A DNA stretch of 64,000 nt from NCBI GenBank assembly GCA_963745645.1, contig CAVUYD010000004.1, positions 767,031 through 831,030 of the forward strand. Direction: 5' to 3'. Shown piece after piece: positions 1-10,556 of the stretch; position 1 is the first letter of the stretch; each line of letters starts with the position of its first letter. This DNA is from an uncultured Actinomycetes bacterium (lineage in GTDB: Bacteria; Actinomycetota; Acidimicrobiia; IMCC26256; PALSA-610). A program made the translations under genes and the position numbers. A model generated the notes under the pieces. The model was not told where the DNA came from. It did no database searches and worked only from the letters and a program-made list of their open reading frames with translations.

Positions 1-388
1 GCCGGATCGTGTCTGCGGGTGCAGGGAGCGCCCGGGTGACGTGGCGGACGACGATCCCATCGACACTCTCGGACGCAAGCGTGGGCGCGGACACATCGCC
101 GCGCCGGAAGGTGACGACGACGCCCGCGCCAGTGGCCTTGCGCGTCGCGACTGCGAGCATCTCGCTCGAGAAGTCGATGCCCGTCACCACGTAAGCGGCC
201 TCCGCCAGCAACACAGACAACGAACCGGTCCCGCAGCCGAGATCGGCCACGTCCGACGGTGGTGCGGGCAACACGGAACGCAGCAGCGCGCGCCACGCGG
301 CCCGCACGGCCGGGTCGCGCAGGCCGTGGTCGGCTTCGTCGTCGAACGACGAGGCCTCGTCGTCCCAGAAGGCGGCGGTGTCCTCCAT
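1..388 (-). CDS. class I SAM-dependent methyltransferase (3' end outside window)
   Basis: Own translation of the minus strand from ATG 388-386: MEDTAAFWDDEASSFDDEADHGLRDPAVRAAWRALL...VADLGCGTGSLSVLLAEAAYVVTGIDFS (motif I DxGCGTG). The frame stays open to position 1. It is absent from the ORF track because there is no stop in the window. Confidence 0.75.
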   Translation of the reverse strand, partial: MEDTAAFWDDEASSFDDEADHGLRDPAVRAAWRALLRSVLPAPPSDVADLGCGTGSLSVLLAEAAYVVTGIDFSSEMLAVATRKATGAGVVVTFRRGDVSAPTLASESVDGIVVRHVTRALPAPADTIR

Positions 389-445
389 CTACAGATGCTG
401 CCGGTTCCGCGACCGCGGCGCACGGGACCTGGGTACGGTGACCGC

Positions 446-897
446 ATGAGCGAAGAGCGGTACGTGAAGCCGGGTTGGTTCACCCAGCACGTGTTCAACC
501 CGGCGGTGCAAGGGTTGACGAAGCTCGGCATCAGCGTGTGGGGCTCACGCGAGCTGCGCGTCCGCGGGCGCACGAGCGGGGAGTGGCGTACGAACCCGGT
601 GAACCTGCTCACCGTCGACGACACGCAGTATCTCGTCGCGCCGCGCGGCATCACGCAGTGGGTGAAGAACCTGCGGGTTGCGCGCGAAGGCGAGCTACGC
701 GTCGGCAAGAAGGTCGAGCAGTTCCGCGCCAGCGAGCTGACCGACGACGAGAAGCCGCCGATCCTGCGCGCCTACCTCAAACGGTGGAAGGCCGAGGTCG
801 GTGTCTTCTTCGACGGCGTCGGCCCCGACGCGAGCGACGACGAGCTCCGCGCCATCGGCCCGAAGCACCCGGTGTTCAAGGTCGAGACGAGCCGCGT

Positions 898-901
<4 letters not shown>
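446..901 (+). CDS. deazaflavin (F420)-dependent nitroreductase family protein (DUF385-like)
   Basis: Last 151 codons of ORF 41..901 from ATG 446: MSEERYVKPGWFTQHVFNPAV...NLLTVDDTQYLVAPRGITQWVKNLRVAREGELRVGKK. This pattern is typical of actinobacterial Ddn-like proteins. The upstream part of the ORF is Arg/Gly-rich antisense of the methyltransferase. Confidence 0.65.
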
Positions 902-2209
<1,308 letters not shown>

Positions 2210-2283
2210 CACAGCTCCCCTCGCGCCGGCGGCTTGGCGTCGTTCCGTGTTCCGTGCATCGATCGGTCCCCCCAACACTACAG

Positions 2284-3015
2284 ATGCCAGGATTCTCGTC
2301 GTGCCCGGTCCCGTCATCATTCCCACCCGCTTCTGCGGACCACCCGACCGTGGGAACGGTGGCATCACCGCGGGGATGCTCGCCGCGCACATCGACGGCG
2401 CAGCCGAGATCACGCTGCGGCGGCCGTCACCGCTGGCGACCCCGATGCACGTCGGGTCGGGGGCCGCGGGCGTCGTGTTGCGCGATGGTGACGATGTCGT
2501 CGCCGAGGGCGTCGCCGACGATCGTCGACGTCGACGCGCCCCGGCGCGTTGTCGGTCGCGGAAGCCGCGGACGCGGCCGCGGCGTCGCCGCTGGTGCTGC
2601 ATCCCGAGTGGCACCCGTTCCCGACGTGCTTCGTGTGCGGGCCGGACCGCGCGCGCGGGCGACGGGCTGCGCGTGCTGCCGGGTCGCGTCGGTTCCCGCC
2701 CGCTGTTCGCCGCGCCCGTCCGGTTCCCGGCCGACCTGGCCGGCGCCGCGGGCGAGGTGCCGGCCGAGCTCTTGTGGGCCGCGCTCGACTGCCCGAGCAG
2801 CTTCGTGATGTACATGGACGGCGTCCGGCCGACGAAGGCGTACGTGCTCGGTCGGATCGCGGCGCGCATCGACCGGCAACCGCCGATCGACGCGACACTC
2901 GTCGCGCTGTCGTGGCCACTCGGTCTCGACGGCCGCAAGCTGTTCGCCGGCGAGCGCGCTGTACGACGGCGACGAGCTCGTCGCCGTCGCCCGCGCCACC
3001 TGGATCAGCGTCTGA
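2284..3015 (+). pseudogene. PaaI-type hotdog-fold thioesterase-like protein, at least 3 frame changes
   Basis: Pieces lie in three frames: ARILVVPGPVIIPTRFCGPPDRGNGGITAGMLAAHIDG (frame of ORF 2085..3023); LHPEWHPFPTCFVCGPDRA (ORF 2549..3070); GDGLRVLPGRV...ELLWAALDCPSSFVMYMDG...LSWPLGLDGRKLFAG; then ALYDGDELVAVARATWISV with stop at 3013-3015 (own translation). The CFxCGP..GL motif is typical of PaaI-like thioesterases. The start is approximate. Confidence 0.55.
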
Positions 3016-3029
3016 GAGACTGAGGCGGC

Positions 3030-4052
3030 ATGGACTTCGACTTCACCGAGGATCAGCTCGCGCTGCGTGAAGGCGCGCGCGAGCTGCTCGACGACCTCGC
3101 CGCGCCGGCGCGGGTGCGCGCCCACACCGACGTCCGACGCACGCGTTCGACGCCCGCCTCTGGACCGCGATGGTCGAGCAGGGCTGGCTCGGGCATCGAG
3201 GTGCCGGAAGCGGACGGCGGCATCGGGCTCGGCGCGGTGGAGGTCGCGGTCCTCGTCGAGGAGCTCGGCACGCACGCGGCGCCGGCACCGTTCGTGCCCA
3301 CCGTGCTCGCGCTCGACGCGTTCGCGCGCGGCGGGCGCGACCGCATGGGTCGAACGGTTGCTCGGCCGGCGACGTCCGCGCGTGCGTCGCGTGGGACGTC
3401 GCGCAGCCGGTGCCGTACGCGCCCTCGGCCGACGTCGCCGTCGTCTGCGACCGACGACGGCGTGTACGCAGTCGAGCTCGCCGACGCGGCCGCCGCGCGC
3501 AGCCCGCGATGGACCTGACGCGTGAGCTGGGCTGGCTCGACGTGGACGGTCTCGACCGGATCTCGCTCGGTGGTGCGGACGCGCGCGACCGCCTGCTCGA
3601 CCGGGGCGCGACGTTCACGGTCGGCCGACATGCTCGGCGGCGCGGCGCGCGCGCTCGACATGGCGGTGCGAGTACGCCAAGGACCGCGTGCAGTTCGGCC
3701 GGCCGATCGGGTCGTTCCAGGCGGTGAAGCATCGCTGCGCCGACATGCTCGTCGACGTGGAGGGCATGCGCTCGACCGTGTACTGGGCCGCGTGGTGCAT
3801 CGGCGCCGGCGACCCCGACGCGTCGGTCGCGGCGTCGACCGCCAAGATCTGGTGCTCCGACGCGTCGAAGCGGGTGATGGCGTCCGCGCTCCAGGTGCAC
3901 GGTGGCATCGGCTTCACGTGGGAGCACGACCTCCACTTCTTCATGAAGCGCGCGCAACTCGACCAGCTCTCGTTCGGCGACGCCGCGTTCCACCGGGCCC
4001 GTCTCACCGTCGCCTCCGCCCACGCGTCGAGGCCGGCGAGAGCATCGTCTAG
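3030..4052 (+). pseudogene. acyl-CoA dehydrogenase, at least 5 frame changes
   Basis: MDFDFTEDQLALREGARELLDDL (ORF 3030..3518); MVEQGWLG then IEVPEADGGIGLGAVEVAVLVEELG; QFGRPIGSFQAVKHRCADMLVDVEG...LQVHGGIGFTWEHDLHFFMKRAQLDQLSFGD (ORF 3688..4152). The stop is taken as TAG 4050-4052. Confidence 0.8.
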
Positions 4053-4072
4053 GCATCCCCGAGGAGCCGTCG

Positions 4073-5049
4073 GTGGACGCGTCGCGCATCACCACCGCGA
4101 TCGATGCGGGCGATCTCGACGAGCTGATCCGCATCATCGACACGCTCTGTGACGCGGGGGAGTGGGATCGCCTGGTCGAGGTACGCGACCGCTCGCAGCG
4201 CGCGCTCGAACGGGGGCGGCAGCTGTGGCCCGCCGCGAGCCGGGCGGAGTACCTGCTCGCGCTGCGACGCTCCAGCGGAGTACGCGGCGGCGATGCTCGT
4301 CGAGGACGCGGGGCGCTTCGCGATCGGACCGCTCGCGGAGGTCGCGGCGTCGACCCACACATGGGTGGACCTCGCGCCGCACGTGACGCCGGGCCCGGTC
4401 GCGGCGGTCGCCGCGCACGAACGGGTCGTGCGGGGCGAGACGGTGGCGCCCGCCACGGTGCCCCACGCCGAGGTGCTCGCGGTGCCCGTCGCGCTCGAAA
4501 CCTGGGAGCCGGAGTATCCGGTCGCGACCTACCGCGCCGACGGGGTCGACGCGCCGGCGCCGGACCTGCCGCTCGCGCGCCCGTTCACGCTGCCGGAGCC
4601 GGGCCGAGTCATCGAGGACCCCGACGTCGAGGCCGCGGTGCGCGACCTCACCGGCGCGTGGACGGCCGGTTCCGAAGGGCGCGCCCGCGTCGTCGCGGTC
4701 GAGGGCGACGCGCCGGCCGCGATCGCCGCGCTCGGCGTGCCGGATGTCCGCGCCGCGTGGGTCGACCCGACCGAGGCGCTCGCGCTCCTCGCGTGGGCGG
4801 GCGCGAGCGGCGGCCGGCACGGGCGGCGGCGCGGCGCCGCAGCCGGCCGGGACCGCACATGGGCGTTGTTGCGCGCCCTGCTCGATCTCGATCCCGAGGA
4901 GACGCCGGACGCGCAAGGCGGTGCGCCGGCTGGGTTGGCTCGCCTGGGCCGCGCCCGATGTCACCTCGGGATGGGTGTTGCGCATTGCGGTCGAGGACGT
5001 CGACGGGGGGCTGGGCTGGAGCGTCGACGCCCTCGACCCCGCTCAGTAA
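4073..5049 (+). pseudogene. conserved hypothetical protein, 2-3 frame changes
   Basis: GTG 4073 is preceded by gaggag. The pieces are VDASRITTAIDAGDLDELIRIIDTLCDAGEWDRLVEVRDRSQRALERGRQLWPAASRAEYLLAL (ORF 4073..5179), then AEYAAAMLVEDAGRFAIGPLAEVAAS...ALLAWAGASGG (ORF 4149..5981), then VRRLGWLAWAAPDVTSGWVLRIAVEDVDGGLGWSVDALDPAQ (ORF 4744..5049). I recognise no domain. Confidence 0.5.
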
Positions 5050-5603
5050 CCCGAGTCGCTCGTGGTCGGCGCGGTCGTGGCCGCGGCGGCGCCTTCCATC
5101 GGCTTGCCGTTGGCGCCGACCACGTACCAGTTGGGGATGGTCTTGCCGTTGGTGTCGCCGGGCGCCTTGTCACCGCTGAAGGTGTAGAGGGGCGCGCCGT
5201 ACACGGACACCTGCGTCATGCCGTTGTCGGTGCGGGTGAAGGTCGCGAAGTCGTCGGCGTCGAGGCCCTTGGCGACGACGACCTTGCCGGTGACGACCAG
5301 TGGCGGCCAGGCGGTCGCGCACCCGCCGGTGCACGTGCTCATGTTCTTCGAGTCCTTCTCGAGCGCGTACAACGTCATGCCCTTCGCATCCACGAGCGTC
5401 TTGCCGACATCGGTGGTGGCGACGTTGACGGTGACGTCGGCGGCCGCGGTCGCGGCGGTCGTCGTCGTCTCCTTGGCCGCGGTCGTCGCCGACGCATTGC
5501 TGCTGTCGTCGTCGTCCCCGCCGCACGCGGCGAGCACCATGGCAAGGGCGGCGCCGACGGCGAGCATGCGCAGTCCCGTTCGTTTCGTACCGATCCCGCG
5601 CAT
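5043..5603 (-). CDS. secreted lipoprotein, Yx(FWY)xxD-motif repeat family
   Basis: C-terminal 187 codons of ORF 5043..6767 from ATG 5603, with gaggag upstream. Signal peptide and lipobox: MRGIGTKRTGLRMLAVGAALAMVLAAC. Then TLYALEKDSKNMSTCTGGCATAWPP and GAPLYTFSGDKAPGDTNG. The frame is intact. Confidence 0.8.
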   Translation of the reverse strand: MRGIGTKRTGLRMLAVGAALAMVLAACGGDDDDSSNASATTAAKETTTTAATAAADVTVNVATTDVGKTLVDAKGMTLYALEKDSKNMSTCTGGCATAWPPLVVTGKVVVAKGLDADDFATFTRTDNGMTQVSVYGAPLYTFSGDKAPGDTNGKTIPNWYVVGANGKPMEGAAAATTAPTTSDSGY

Positions 5604-5750
5604 GCCGGCCTCCTCGATCGTCCTGGCCTCGATCACCGGCCCAGAGTCCTGGGTCGTTCCGGACGGGCGTCCGGTTGCGGACGGGGATACGGATCGGAAT
5701 CGGCTGGGGTTCATGAACCGAACGCGAGCGGCGGCCGTACTCTTTCGGTG

Positions 5751-6289
5751 ATGGTCGAAACGCGCCCGGTGCTGGCCAGCGACGACGGTGTGCGGGCCGT
5801 CTACGCCGCCCACGGTCCCGAGCTGTTCCGGTTCGCGGTGCGATCGCTCGGCGACCGCGGGCTGGCCGAAGAAGCCGTGCAGGAGACGTTCGTGCGGGCG
5901 TGGCAGGCGTCGCGAACCGCTTCGACGACGCGCTCGGCTCGTTGCGCACGTGGTTGTTCGCGATCGTCCGGAACGTCGTGATCGATCTCTCCCGCGCCCG
6001 GGCCGTGCGGCCCACGCTCGCGGCGACCGCGACCGGCCGAACGAGCCGATCGCGCTCGACGACGACGTCGAACGCGTGCTCGTCGCGTGGCAGGTCGAGG
6101 AAGCGCTGCAGAAGCTGAGCGACGAGCACCGTCGACGCGCTCGTCGAGGTGCACTACAAGGCGCGCCCGTACCACGAGGTTGCGCACGATCTCGGGGTGC
6201 CGGTCGGTACGGTGAAGAGCCGCGTGTACTACGCGCTGAAGGCGATGCGCCTCGCGCTCGAAGAGTTGGGTTGGTCCGATGATGTCTGA
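5751..6289 (+). pseudogene. ECF-type RNA polymerase sigma-70 factor, about 3 frame changes
   Basis: MVETRPVLASDDGVRAVYAAHGPELFRFAVRSLGDRGLAEEAVQETFVRAWQA (tail of ORF 4149..5981); FDDALGSLRTWLFAIVRNVVIDLSRA (ORF 5900..6118); VLVAWQVEEALQKLSDEHRR (ORF 5788..6282); then ALVEVHYKARPYHEVAHDLGVPVGTVKSRVYYALKAMRLALEELGWSDDV with stop at 6287-6289 (own translation). Confidence 0.8.
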
Positions 6290-6981
6290 TGCGTGCCGCG
6301 AGATGCGCGCCGCGCTCGGCGCGGCGGCGCTCGGGCGAGCCGAGCCCGCCGAAGCTGCTCGCGCTGCACGCGCATCTCGACGGGTGCGCGGACTGCCGCG
6401 CCGAACTGCGGGAGCTCGACGTCGGTCGCACGCGCGCTGCCGCTCGCCGATCCGTCGCACGTGCACCGCGCGACCGGACGCCACCCGCCGGCCGCGCTGG
6501 CGAAGCTCGTCCTCGACCGGGTCGCGGCCGAGCGCACGCGCCCGCCGCACGCGGACGCGCCGCCGGATCGCGAGTCGCCGCCGCCACGGCGACCGCGATC
6601 GCGGCGGCGGTCGATCGCGTTCGTGCTCGTGGTGCCCGGACGACTCGCTCGTCGCGGCGACGACGGTCGTGTTCGCGCCGACGACCGGGCGTGAGCGCGG
6701 CACGGCGCACGCTGCGCGCGCACGCCGCCGGCACCGAGGTCGCGTTCCACGTCACCGGCCTCGACAAGGGCGAGTACTACTGGCTGTGGCTCACCGGCGA
6801 CGACGGCAACCGGATCGCGGCCGGGCACGTTCCGCGGCACCGGCGCGCCGATCGATGTCGATGATGACCGCGGCCCTCCCGCTCGGCACGACGCGGCGCA
6901 TCTGGGTCACCGACGAGCACGACCAGGTCGTTCTCGACCAGCGATTGCGCGTGCTCGCACGCTCGGTAGCGCGCGTTCTAG
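6279..6981 (+). pseudogene. anti-sigma factor (zf-HC2 type), several frame changes, 3' end uncertain
   Basis: ATG 6279 overlaps the sigma gene end. MMSDACREMRAALGAAALG (ORF 6279..7715) is followed by LHAHLDGCADCRAELRELD (ORF 6289..6864). The extracytoplasmic part reads TEVAFHVTGLDKGEYYWLWLTGDDGNRIAAG then MTAALPLGTTRRIWVTDEHDQVVLDQ. No stop is found in the last frame. Candidate TAGs at 6967 and 6979 are in another frame. Confidence 0.55.
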
Positions 6982-6992
6982 TCGTGCGGCCC

Positions 6993-7668
6993 ATGCCGCA
7001 GAACGTTCCCGAGTTCGAGTTCTCCGACAACGCCAAGCAGGTGCGCGCGTTCGTCTTCGAGTTCTGGTGCGAGCACGGGCGCGGCCCGACGCTGCTCGAG
7101 GTGCACCAGGCGACCGAGCTCGACCGGCGCCGCATCATCGCGCGCGTACAAGGAGCTGCAGCTCGGCATCGACGTCGTCGTCAACGAGGACACGCAGAAC
7201 TGCAACCTGCTGAAGGCGCCGCCGTTCTCGTCGTTCCCGTCGCAGGTGCGCGCGTACATCGACGACGAGTTCCACTCGTTCGTCGGCTGCGCGAGCGAGG
7301 CGATCGCGTTCTCGCACATGCCGCCGTTCAAGGACAAGACGGTGCGGCTCGAATCGCACTGCGCGTGCTGCTTCACGCCGGTCACGCTCGTCTCGAAGAA
7401 CTTCGAGCTGCAGTCGGTGACGCCGCCCGGCGTCTTCCTGCACATCTCGCTGTCGCCGTACGACTGGAACAACGTCGACATGAGCCGGATGTGCGACTCG
7501 ATGAACTACGTGCTCGACGCCGAGCACGCCGAGCGCTACGAGAAGCAGACCGCGACGCGCGGCATCCTCGTGAACCTCGACCAGGCGAAGATGTTCGTGC
7601 AGAACGTCGCGAACGAGCGCATGTACAACTTCCACTGGAAGCCGGGCACGCTGAACCCGCGGCGGTGA
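6993..7668 (+). pseudogene. alkylmercury lyase (MerB)-like family protein, one frame change near 7140
   Basis: MPQNVPEFEFSDNAKQVRAFVFEFWCEHGRGPTLLEVHQATELDRRRI (frame of ORF 6279..7715), then ORF 7246..7668 with HSFVGCASEAIAFSHMPPFKDKTVRLESHCACCFTPVTLVS and RMCDSMNYVLDAEHAERY. These align with my memory of the MerB Cys/Asp/Cys regions. Confidence 0.5.
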
Positions 7669-7677
7669 TCAAGGGCT

Positions 7678-9085
7678 TCAAGATGATGGGCGTCGACACC
7701 TCGACCTGGGAGTAGACCGCGCGGCGTCGCAGCGCGGCGCGGTCGGGCTTGCCCGTCGGGCAGCAGCGGGAGCGCGTCGACGACGACGACGCGCTCGGGC
7801 GTCTTGAACCGGGCGACGCCCCGCGCCGCGAACCACGCGCGGCACGCGTCGAGGTCGAAGCCCGGCGTCGCCCTCGACGAACGACGACGACCCGTTCGCC
7901 CATGAGCGCGTCGGGCTCGCCGACCGCGACCGCGTGGCGCACGTCGGGATGCGCTTCGAGCACCTGCTCGACCTCGGCGCGTGCTGATGTTCTCGCCGCC
8001 GCGGATGATGACGTCCTTCAGCCGGCCGACGATCTCGATCGCGCCGTCGGCGTCGATCGTCGGCGAGGTCGCCGGTGCGGAACCAGCCGTCGGCGGTGAA
8101 CGCCTCCGCGTGTCTGCGCGGCGTCGAGGTAGCCGACGCACACCTCGGGGCCGCGCGCGAGCAGCTCGCCGTTCGTCGTCGATGCGCACCTCGACCTCGC
8201 CGATCGTGTGGCCGTCGGTGATGATCGTCGGCACCTCGGTCGAGCCGTACGTGCGCTTCACGCGCGCGCCGAACGCGCGCGCCGCTTCGGCGACGAACGC
8301 CTCGCCCACTCCGGCGCCGCCGCTCGAGATGAGGCGCAGGCTCGCGACGCGTTCGGTGCCGAAGCCCGGCGCCTGCATCATCGACACGAAGAACGTCGGC
8401 GGGCCCGACCATGAACGTGACGCGCTCGCGTTCGATGAGCGTCGAGCGCGGCCTCCGGGATCCCAGCGCGCCATGAAGACGCGTGCGGAACGGGACGACG
8501 CCGGGCAGCGTGATGCCGTTCAGCAGGCCGGAGATGTGCGCGCGCGGCGCGGGCATCAGCACGCAGTCGTCGGGGCCGAGGTCGTGCGCGCTGCGCATCT
8601 GCGCGGCCTTGTACGCGAGCGTCGCCTGCGTGTGCAGCACGCCCTTGGGCGCGCCGCTCGACCCCGAGGTGAACAGGATCGCCGCGAGCCGGCTCGCGTC
8701 GGTCCACGGCTCGGCGATCGGCGTCGCCGGTCGGCAGCGCGTCGAGGTCGTCGACGACGAGCGCGGGCCGCGACCGCGTCGAGCACGCCGCGCGACGTCG
8801 GTCGGCGCCCATCTGATGGTGCACGGGCGCCGCGATCGCGCCGAGCCGCCAGCACGCGCGGTACAGCACCGCGACCTCGTCGCGGTTCGGCGACTGCCAC
8901 GCGACCGCGTCGCCCGGCCCGACGCCCCGCGCCCGCAGCCCGCCCGCGACGCGCGCGACCCGCTCGGCGAGCGGCGCGGCGCGGCGACGCGCGTGAGCAG
9001 CGCGTCGAGCGACGGCAGGTCCCACGGTCCGCCGGGGCGGCGGTACTGCGTCGCGCGAGCGGGAGGTGAACGTCGGCGCGATCAC
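7678..9085 (-). pseudogene. AMP-dependent acyl-CoA synthetase/ligase (FadD-like), many frame changes
   Basis: The fragments are spread over ORFs 8378..9085, 7678..8640, 7536..8474 and 7382..7963. They read GVGPGDAVAWQSPNRDEVAVLYRACWRLGAIAAPV, LAAILFTSGSSGAPKGVLHTQATLAYKA, KRTYGSTEV, WFRTGDLA, IVGRLKDVIIRGGENIS and ARFKTPERVVVVDALPLLPTGKPDRAAL. GTG 9085 overlaps the upstream stop (GTGA). The 3' end is approximate. Confidence 0.75.
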
Positions 9086-10323
9086 GTGCCGCGTCCGGCG
9101 TCAAGCTCGGCGGCGACTTCCAGCCGTCGCTGGCCGGCGTCGCGCCCTTCAGCACGCTCGTGCCGACGAAGTTGCGCTGGATCTCGACGGTGCCCGCGCC
9201 GATGCACAGCCCGCGGATGTCGCGGTACACGCGCTCGACCGGGTACTCGCGGCGAGAAGCCGTAGCCGCCGAGCAGCTGGATCGCCTCGTCGCACACGAA
9301 CTTCGCCGCGAGGTTCGCGGCGGTCTTCGCCATCGCGGTCTCGAGCGCGGGCGGCGTGCCGTGCGGGCCGGCCATGTGCACCGCGCGCTGCAGCAGCAGG
9401 CGCGCGCCTTCGAGCTGCGTCGCCATGTCGGCGATCTTCCACTGCAGACCCTGGAGGTCGGCGAGCGTCTTGTCGCCGATCTTGCGTTCGTTCATGTAGC
9501 CGACCGCGTACTCGAGCGCGCCCTGCGCGGCGCCGACGCACATCGCCGCGTTGCCGCAGCGCTCGTGGTTGATGTGCGAGATCAGCGTCTTGAACGACTC
9601 GCTGTTGGCGGGGTCGCCCCACAGCAGCACGTCTTCGGGCTCGATGCGCACGTCGTCGAACGCGAGCTCGGCCTCGCTCGTGGCGCGCAGGCCCATCTTC
9701 ACGTGCGTGCCGGCGACGGTCACGCCCGGCGCTTCGAGGTCGACGACGACCGCGCCGATGCCCTTGGTGCCCACGCTCTCGGGGAAGCGGCACCACACCA
9801 GGCACACGCGCGCCTTGTGCCCGCCGGTGACGTAGTTCTTGTACGCGTTGAGGCGGAAGCCGTCGCCGTCGGGGGTGAGGCGGGCGCGCATGTGGCCGAC
9901 GGAGCTGCCGGCCTCGGTCTCGCTGATGCCGATGCAGAACAGCCCGTCGCCGCTCGCGGCCATCGGCAGCCAGCGGTCCTTCATCGCGTCGTTGCCGAGG
10001 TGCTCGATCGCGCGCGGCGGACCGTTGAAGATGAGCTGGGCGAGGATCGCGGCCGACACGTCGGCGCGGGCGAGCTCCTCGAGCACGATCGCGGCCTCGA
10101 TGTCGCCGAGGCCCGCGCCGCCCCACCGCTCGCCGATGGTGATGCCGAACAGGTCGGCCTTGCGCATGCCGTCCCAGGCCCACTGCGGGAACTCTTCGGT
10201 CTCGTCGCCGTGGCGCGCCATCGGCGCGAGCTCGCGTTCGGCGACGTCGCGCGCGAGCTGGCGCAGCGCGGCCTGGTCTTCGGTGTCGGCGAACGGATTC
10301 GCCCCGGTTGCGTGCGCGGCCAT
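9082..10323 (-). pseudogene. acyl-CoA dehydrogenase, frame break near 9240
   Basis: ORF 9082..10323 is ACAD-like for about 360 codons (LFCIGISETEAGSSVGHMRA, GALEYAVGYMNERKIGDKTLADLQGLQWKIADM, LLGGYGFS). The C-terminal YRDIRGLCIGAGTVEIQRNFVGTSVLKG is in the frame of ORF 8556..9230. Confidence 0.85.
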
Positions 10324-10346
10324 GCACGCCGAGGCTACTTGCCCGG

Positions 10347-10364
10347 CCTGACACGGACGTCAGG
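10347..10364. promoter_or_regulatory. palindrome CCTGAC-N6-GTCAGG, candidate operator, copy 1
   Basis: cctgacacggacgtcagg lies 23 nt upstream of the ACAD start codon (10323, minus strand). An extra GTCAGG half-site sits at 10377-10382. Confidence 0.4.
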
Positions 10365-10377
10365 TCGGCGTGTCGCG

Positions 10378-10500
10378 TCAGGCGTGCAGGAACATGCGCA
10401 TCGCGCCCTGGATGACGAAGAGCGCGGCCGCGCCGAAGAGCGCGGGCTTCACGACCGTCGCCGGTCCGAGGTACTTCTCGCGCTTGCCCTTCTTCGCCAT
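10378..10500 (-). CDS. possible 40-aa membrane mini-protein
   Basis: Own translation: ATG 10500-10498 to TGA 10380-10378 gives MAKKGKREKYLGPATVVKPALFGAAALFVIQGAMRMFLHA, a basic N-terminus followed by one hydrophobic helix. It is below the ORF-track length cutoff and I know of no homology. Confidence 0.25.
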   Translation of the reverse strand: MAKKGKREKYLGPATVVKPALFGAAALFVIQGAMRMFLHA

Positions 10501-10537
10501 CGAACGGGCATCGGCGTCGCTTTCGGGCCACCTTGAA

Positions 10538-10555
10538 CCTGACTACCGTGTCAGG
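10538..10555. promoter_or_regulatory. palindrome CCTGAC-N6-GTCAGG, candidate operator, copy 2
   Basis: cctgactaccgtgtcagg ends 1 nt before the P450 ATG (10557). Its arms are identical to those of copy 1. Confidence 0.4.
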
Positions 10556-10556
10556 T

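Noticed and set aside
2242-2256. Tandem heptamer gttccgt gttccgt in the gltA/thioesterase divergent intergenic region.
   Set aside because: Only two copies of 7 nt are present. There is no known matching motif, and this is easily chance.
6279-7715. Apparent anti-sigma/MerB-like fusion ORF of 478 aa.
   Set aside because: Most of this frame is junk between the real segments. The MerB-like part has its own ATG at 6993, and TAG codons at 6967 and 6979 lie in a neighbouring frame.
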